A DNA stretch of 64,000 bases, taken from Eledone cirrhosa. Taxonomy: Eukaryota. Of the stretch, positions 54,568-64,000 are shown in pieces (within the stretch, counting starts at the first letter, position 1; each line of letters opens with the position of its first letter). The notes below the pieces were generated by a model. The model was not told the origin of the DNA, made no database searches, and worked only from the letters and a program-made list of their open reading frames with translations. The stretch covers positions 54,312,001 to 54,376,000 of the forward strand of contig OZ024746.1 of NCBI GenBank assembly GCA_964016885.1. The letters are read 5' to 3'. The position numbers were made by a program, and so were the translations under genes.

Positions 54568-55122
54568 TATAAAAATTGAGATGACCAGAACAAACGAACA
54601 TTAAACAATACCTTAAATAAATTAAAAAATGATTTACATATCTACCTGTTCATAATGCTATAACCGGCGGTTTCGCTTTACAAAAGATTAGAGATTCAGA
54701 GAATTTCTAACGGAAAAGTAAAGTTCATCAGATAGCTATTTCGATCCTATAGGACTAAGTCCCACAGCCTGCAAATATAATGCCAACTACCAGCTCGTAT
54801 GAGTTATGGCCGTTAAAGTGACCCACGTGAACTGGCGGCTAGTGAAAGCGGGAATATTACAGACGCGTTGATGGATTTGCTGCTAATAAAATAGCAGTAA
54901 GCAACAAGGAACTTTTTTTCTCTACATAGATTGGAGAATATATAAAATGAGGTAAATATCACTCTGATACCTAAGTACCCATAGAGGTATATAGGGTGTA
55001 TATAATATAATTGTTGTTTAATGGTACTAAATTGAGATACCAGAACTATAAAAATTGAGATGAGCAAAACAAACAAACATTAAACAATCCTTTAAATAAA
55101 TAAAAAAAATGATTTAAATATC
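54568..55122 (-). mobile_element. Terminally redundant ~479-bp HHR element related to 34800-35305
   Basis: 54568-54642 repeats at 55047-55122; shares atggtactaa.ttgagataccagaac with 34736-34760. Confidence 0.75.
54657..54736 (-). ncRNA. Type I hammerhead ribozyme
   Basis: Minus: gctat-CTGATGA-actttac...gtaaagc-GAAA-ccgccgg-TT-atagc. Confidence 0.75.
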
Positions 55123-55275
55123 ATAATTGTAAAAGATGAATTGAGTGGGAGAGGTGGAGGAGGTGATCGTGGAAATTTGGTTTATACCTGTTATATATAT
55201 ATATAACAGGTATAAACCAAATTCCAACGATCACTCAACCATCTCTCCCACTCAATTCATCTTTTAAAATTATGA
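55121..55275. repeat. Inverted repeat (~70-bp arms) centred on (TA)n
   Basis: tcataatt...ggtttatacctgt-(ta)n-acaggtataaacc...aattatga. Confidence 0.85.
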
Positions 55276-55731
55276 TCAAATGGTGGTCAACGCTCTGATC
55301 GCCCCGGGAACCCGGCGGACAGAATAGAGTAGGCATTTCCCCAAGAAAAAATAAAATATCATGCTCATTAACAAAATTGTCCCCGTGAATCTAACTCACG
55401 ACCATACGAACGTGTGCAAAATACCCTAATGAGCAAACCATGACCCTTCAGAGTTCTAGATATGTTGCTATAATTAATGCGGAGAAGTCAAATGTATGAT
55501 TAAAATACATTAACTCATATACCCATAATACCGCATAATATAGTAAAATATAATATGTATGTGTGAGAGGGCCTCGACGAGACTGTTTGCCCTTCTAGAA
55601 ACAGTAGCTTGATACATATCAGAACCCATCCAACCATCTGTTAAAATAGGTTTTCCTGTCATAGAAATAAAACGGAATTGTTATGCCTTCACCTATATGC
55701 TATATAATAAAACTTTGTGTAATTCTATCAT

Positions 55732-57443
<1,712 letters not shown>

Positions 57444-57894
57444 AATTGTCATAAAATATAAACGCATACGCACGGAATCACTACTATTAAAGACCAGAGA
57501 CCATTTCTGTAGAATCAGGTTTATTCGTTGACAGACCATGCCTTTGTGTGACCAACACATCCATGTTAAACCCTGCACGTACACACACATATATCTATAT
57601 ATATATGCGCACACAGAATTCACCACTGTCGGTTGCGGGGCCCAATCTACATGAAGAACTCAATGTGATCAGAATGACTTGTATTTTAATTTCACTGTCC
57701 CAACTTCTTATATTATGGAAAAAATATATGTGTATGTATATATATATATATTTGGAGGCCATTTCTCTGTGTGTGGGTGTATGTATGTGTATATGTGTGT
57801 GTGTATGTGTGTGCATGTGGATGTATGTATTGTGTGTGCGTGTGTGTGTGTATGTATGTATGTGTGTATCTGGATGTATGTGTATGTATATATA

Positions 57895-57925
<31 letters not shown>

Positions 57926-57938
57926 GTGTGTGTATGTG

Positions 57939-57983
<45 letters not shown>

Positions 57984-58414
57984 ATATGTATGTGTGTGTG
58001 TATGTATGTGTGTATATGTATATATATATATATATGTATATGTATATGTGTATGTATATGTATATGTATGTATGTGTGGATGAAGGTATGTGTGTATATA
58101 TAGGTGTAAATGCACTAAATCCCTTTCTATCACGCTCCACACTCCTACCGACCACAGGAAGATATATGTATGTATATTGCTTCCACCCCTCACTGACCAG
58201 CAGCTGGCCAGCTGGCCATTGCTAAATCTGACCTTTATAAAATAACCCACACCCCAAATAACTTCTCATTCACTACCAGAAAGGCACACAGCAGTCAACT
58301 TGTTGCTACCTAGATGAAAACTACTATGAAATCCCACAATGAATTTTATACTTGAATTTTCAAATCTCAAATTTTAACTCTTCGTATTATTAATTTTTCT
58401 TAATATTAATCAAC

Positions 58415-58460
58415 ATTTGAAAAGATGGCTTTTGCAGACCCATCGAAACCGGTCAATTTT
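58415..58460 (+). ncRNA. Degenerate hammerhead, possibly in the 3' region of the upstream PLE
   Basis: att-TGAAAAGA-tgg...ccatc-GAAA-ccgG-TC-aat; 3' half canonical, 5' core mutated. Confidence 0.45.
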
Positions 58461-58558
58461 TATACCCTTTATTATTTCCTTACCTTATAAAATTATATGT
58501 TTTTTCACCAAAAAGTATTCTGTCTCTTATATATTCCATGTGCCATTACCAACCTCAA

Positions 58559-58705
<147 letters not shown>

Positions 58706-58758
58706 CGTGTGTGTCTACGAAGAATAACATAATACAATCTATATATGCATAATTACAA

Positions 58759-58789
<31 letters not shown>

Positions 58790-59410
58790 AATGTATCTGA
58801 TATGTTTGTGTTTCTGTTTTGCGTATATATATATATATATAATATTATTATATTATATTGAATTATATAATTTTATTGTTTATTATTTATTATATGTGTC
58901 TCTTGTAGTTATATCATATTATTGCCTCATGTATATTGGGTAGATGTATTGGTATTACTTTCACTCTTATCATGCTTATTTTTATATTCAAACTTCTAAT
59001 AAGGCTTAATTTGTGTAGTTGAACATAGATGTGCGTGTTGTTATATATGTGTGTGTGTGCGTGTGTGTGCGCACATATATACATGTATATATTGTACCTT
59101 TTGATTTTTAATTGTAATTTTAATGTTGGTAAAGGTATATTATTATAATGTATTATGTTATATTAGATTGTGTTATATATAATTCCTGCTCTATATAACC
59201 AAATTTGTTTAGATTTAGGTTAGTTGCTTTGGACTATATTTGTAATATGGTTCTTAATGTTATATACATCCTTAGTTATTCTTATTATATATTTTTATTA
59301 TTTTTATTTTTATTTTTATTATCATATATTTTTGCAAGACTTTAGTGTATGTACACTCCATATTCTTCGGAGATTCCGGCTTGTATCTGCCGATATTACT
59401 TCTTGTTGTT

Positions 59411-59460
59411 TTGGTTGCCCTGATGAGTCCTTAATAGGACGAAACATTGTCGGCTAATAA
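59411..59460 (+). ncRNA. Type I hammerhead ribozyme
   Basis: gcc-CTGATGA-gtcc-ttaata-ggac-GAAA-cattG-TC-ggc; canonical core, GUC site. Confidence 0.8.
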
Positions 59461-59601
59461 AAACTTTTGATGTATTAAAGGATTCTTTGTTTTACTCTCT
59501 TAATTTTTTGGCTCTGTTTAACTGCATTGAGCTATATCTTTTACTGTCATTTCTATAGTACGAAGAGGGTGTTTAACTCCAACACGCTCCAGTATTCTAA
59601 T

Positions 59602-59638
<37 letters not shown>

Positions 59639-59761
59639 TACACATATATACACTTATATATACACATACATATATATACAATATACATATTGTGACTCCT
59701 ATTTATCTCTCATTTTTATTCTCTCCCTCTATCACTGTGTAAATATATATATATATAAACA

Positions 59762-59840
<79 letters not shown>

Positions 59841-59904
59841 AGACATACATATATATATATACCAATATACATATATACATACAAATAAATATATATATAT
59901 AATA

Positions 59905-59971
<67 letters not shown>

Positions 59972-60011
59972 CATATATATATATATATATGTAATACGGT
60001 TACATTATATG

Positions 60012-60053
<42 letters not shown>

Positions 60054-60286
60054 CATATAATGTAACCGTATTACTATTTGTCCTTTAACTACAATCGATA
60101 TATCGGAAGAGCCGATGCAATACAATGCAACATAATGCACTACACCAAACTTGTATATCTCAAAAGACACGGGGCAGATGTTGCACTCTTGCCACTGCAC
60201 AAACTTCTCTTTACAAACATACAGCACCACCTGATCTGTTCCAATATTGCAGTCGGCGACTTGTTATCTTGTTTGATGCTGTTATG

Positions 60287-60331
<45 letters not shown>

Positions 60332-60469
60332 TAAATCGATTGTTGCATTCCACTATCATCATCATCATCATCAACAACATCATCAATAACATTTTTCTTG
60401 ATGTCAGCCCTTGTGGCCAATAAAGAAATCATTATTATTATTGTTATTATTATTTTTATTATTTTTATT

Positions 60470-61092
60470 GAATGCCATGGTTGGCGGAGGCTCGGCTATG
60501 TAAGATATAGTAATTTTTAACCGCTATAACAATTGTAAATTGTTTAAAACTTTAACCAAATTGTAGACAAAAACACCTCCTCCTCGTGAGAGGGGTCTTT
60601 CTGCCCGTTTGGCCCTTCGGTGTTAAATAACCGCTTATTGGGGTTTTGTACCCAATATTTATTTTAAACCAAAAAAATCATGGCTACAAAAAAGAATTTT
60701 CACAAGTCACTCCCATTCATTCCGTCTTCTTCTTCCTCAATCGTCACTACATCAGATAGAAAATTGTCTCTCTCCCTCCCTTCTCTAAACGTGTCTCTCT
60801 CCTTCCCTTCTCTTTCACATGCGACGCCAGTAAAGAAAAAGAAAAATATAGTTTCTGATAGTTTCCAAGAGCACGTGCAATACGTGGAACATTTCTCCAC
60901 GACGACGACAACGACGAAAAATGTGTGCGGTAAATACGGAAAGCCATTTCATTCGTCTGACGTCATGAATAATAGCAGTAGCAGCCGTAATAAAATCCGC
61001 AGCAGCAACAGTGACAAGGAAAACAACAGTAGCAGCCGCAACAGCATCAGCAGCAGCATAAACAAAAACAGCATTAACAGCAACAGCAACAA

Positions 61093-61137
<45 letters not shown>

Positions 61138-64000
61138 CAACCACAGCAACAGCAGCGGCGGCAGTCGTAGTACCAGCAGCAACAACAAAAGTAACAGTAG
61201 CTCTGACGACGACAACAACAACAACAAAGAAAAACCAATCTCGTTTGCAGGTATCGCAAAGAACCTGGAAACCATCCTTATAACAAATGAGGAATTACAG
61301 GAAGCAAAGAAGATGGTGACGAAAACCGGACACCGAGCAATCTGAAAGGCAGCCGAAACATTTTTCGAAACACAACAGCACTGTACGGTCACGTAACGTA
61401 CAGTAAGCACAAAATCCCGTCGGGTTGAAAGAGCCACAGAGGCTCAAATACAAAAAGCCTTAGGGTCTGTGTGGCAGCGGAAAACGCATATCACCCGAGG
61501 CAAGAAATATGCCACCGTGGACGTGCTTTTTGCCACACCCCAGGATGCAAAGGCTCAATCCTTAGTGACCCTAAGGAGCGAGGATATGGTGTTGGTGCCA
61601 TCCTACTGCGAACAAAAAATTGTGAGGGTCAAACTGAACCACGACCCCCCCCCCCCCCCCCGGGATGGCACCTTCTTGGCTGGCCGCGTCTGTCCTCGTC
61701 GGAATCGAGGACAAAACAACTGTATTGCAAGTACAGAAAAAAGTACGAGAAGATTCGGTCAGCACCTCCATTGAGATGTTAATCCATACCAACCAGGAGT
61801 GCATCGAAGCTATCCCGGATGTGATAGACTTCGATAACGACACTCAAATGCCCATAAGTGTTGAGTGCAAACGCCCGAAATGATTTCGCTGTGGATCGAA
61901 GACTCACCTCAGGGCCTTCTGCAATGAGAAGACCCTGAGAAAGGAGAAAACCCCCTCCTTCCGAAACTAGCTCCACTGCTACCAGCAACAGGACAGGCGG
62001 CAACCAGGAAGATAGGTCCGTGGCACCCATACCCACGCCACGGAAATCAAAAACAGCAGCAGCAGTGGCAGTATTAACATCAACGACAGAAATACCAACT
62101 GCAGCTGCAACAGAAACTCCACTGCAAACATCACCAACAACAACAAGTGAAAGAGTGGAGCTGGTACCACTTCTCGACCTCACAGAATCGGACATGTAAT
62201 GTGAGGTGGGAAAGGGATGGCGAAAGGTCGCAAGAAGGCACAAACGCAGAAGCAGCGCATCGTCGCCTTCGAAAAGGGAGGAAAGAAACGAAAAAAGGGT
62301 AAAGGCTACTGCAAAGAGACTTACAGCAGCAACACCACCAACACCATCACCACCCACACTAGCACCATCATCACCACCGGCGGCAACCTCACCGCCTACA
62401 ACAACAACACCTTCAACACCACCACCACCACAAGCACCAACATCGCAAACATTAAAACGAAATTCCCCAACGCAGTTGGTGATTTCAGAGACCTAGGAGG
62501 GACACTCAACCGGAGAGTATATTCGGATATACTCACAGAAGAGCCGACGACCTGCCGAAGGGACGATTCAACGGTCCCTTCACCAGACGATCAAGTGAAA
62601 AGGGATAGAGAAACCATCCTTCCTCTGCGAGAAGTAAGATAAGTGGTCTTTCCCATCTTTTCCACTCCATTTCAACATGACCTCACTCAGAATAGGCAGC
62701 ATAAATGCGCGTGGCTTGGGGTCGTCATGGAAGCAAGGCCACCTGCTCAACGACCTCAGGTCACTAAACATAGATGTAGTGGCCATCAGCGAGACCAGAA
62801 TCTCCGAAGCACGGGCCTTCGCACCGATCTGTACGCTACGATGTGTACGCATCTCCCAGCCGTCCTGGATCGGGGGGAGGAGTTGCTGTGCTTTTTCGGA
62901 GAGGTTTGGATCTCGCCATACGGGTCATCTTCCTAGACCCAGAAGGTAAGTTGGTGGTGCTGGACGTGACCAGCGGAGAAGGGCAAGCTTTCAGGCTAGT
63001 GGTCGCCTATACCCCGATAGGAGCAGGGCGGCCTGATTTCTCCGGCGTCTGGTGATCTTTCTTGGAACGTCCCGCTCTTTAGTGTTAGTTGGCGACTGAA
63101 ACGGGATCTTATATGTACGCTGGGACTGTGTGGGATTAGCGGATAGGGGAGGAGGGTGCAAGAGCCTCACCAACCTGCTCAGGCGTTTCGAACTGTCTGA
63201 CAGGTACCGATTGGATTTCCCGAATGTGCCAATGTGGACTTGGACAAATCGCATAGGGCCATCCAGATCATATCTAGATACAGTAGTTTGTAGGGAAATA
63301 GATAGGTCTAGCATAGGCTGTCCACAATTCAAGATTGTCAGCTACACTGACCACAAATTCGTGATCTGTGTCCTTGACTTAGATATGATTCATAGACGAG
63401 GACCCGGCTATTGGAAGCTAAACGCGTCCTTACCAGCGCGCAAGGCCTACAGAGACCGGATTAGCGATCTAGTTAAGCGGGCGTTGACTGGGGCCATCGT
63501 CAACAACAAGTGGTGGTTTGCTCTGAAAAGAACGATTAGAATAGAGTCCATTAGGTTTAGTAAGGCTTTAGCAATAGAGAAAAATAGAGCAGAGGGAGAA
63601 CAAGTTAACATATTAGACGAGGCGCTTAGCAAAGGCATCGCGACCGACGTACTTGCGGCGAAATTGGCCCTTGACCAATTCTTCAATGCAAAGCACGAAG
63701 GCAGCGTTGTCAGAGCTAGGGTGCGTGCTCTCAGACACGAGGGGACGAAAGCTGTACAATGGGCCCTAGTGGCGGAGGCGCGTCGTGGCAACAAAGACAC
63801 GATCCGGTCTTTGGTGGACCACGACGGGCGCATGCTACTCGATCCCGGGCAAATGTGTAAAGTTTCAAGCGACACTTCGCCCAGCTGCTCGGGGGCAGCG
63901 GCGGGGCGAATCGAGGGATGGACTTTAGTGTCTACCTCGACGAACTGCCGCGGCTCTCGGCCACTGAGGCGGAGTGTTGCGAAAAGCCGATAACAGCCGC
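60470..64000 (+). mobile_element. L1/Tx1-clade LINE, 5' part (ORF1 and start of ORF2), degraded, running off the window
   Basis: ORF1 from 60680 with CCHC remnant RPK*FRCGSKTHLRAFC near 61870-61923; preceded by (tta)n. Confidence 0.85.
62677..64000 (+). pseudogene. ORF2 apurinic-like endonuclease domain, frameshifted
   Basis: IGSINARGL, DVVAISET, LVGD*N, SYLD, YTDHKFV, RGPGYWKLNASL. Confidence 0.88.

Overview
AT-rich, microsatellite-dense eukaryotic DNA. The tRNA-derived SINEs and abundant (TA)n, (TAA)n, (CA)n and (TATG)n tracts suggest an octopus/cephalopod genome; this is an inference. No host gene is confidently identified, and almost all ORF-track entries are simple-repeat artefacts. Real coding content is transposon-derived: three Penelope-like element (PLE) remnants with GIY-YIG and/or RT, R4/Dong-clade RLE retrotransposons (one near full length), two L1/Tx1-clade LINEs, RTE 3' ends, a fold-back mariner, a hAT MITE, a Helentron-like element and many SINEs. 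The main unexplained signal is about 20 type I hammerhead ribozyme (HHR) motifs, roughly a dozen near-intact, from about ten sequence families. They sit in PLE 3' regions and in ORF-less elements embedded mostly in (TA)n tracts. These elements occur as 460-740 bp tandem or terminally redundant units (retrozyme-like) or as fold-back palindromes, often folded at or near the ribozyme. RNA structures were read by eye and need covariance-model and cleavage tests.
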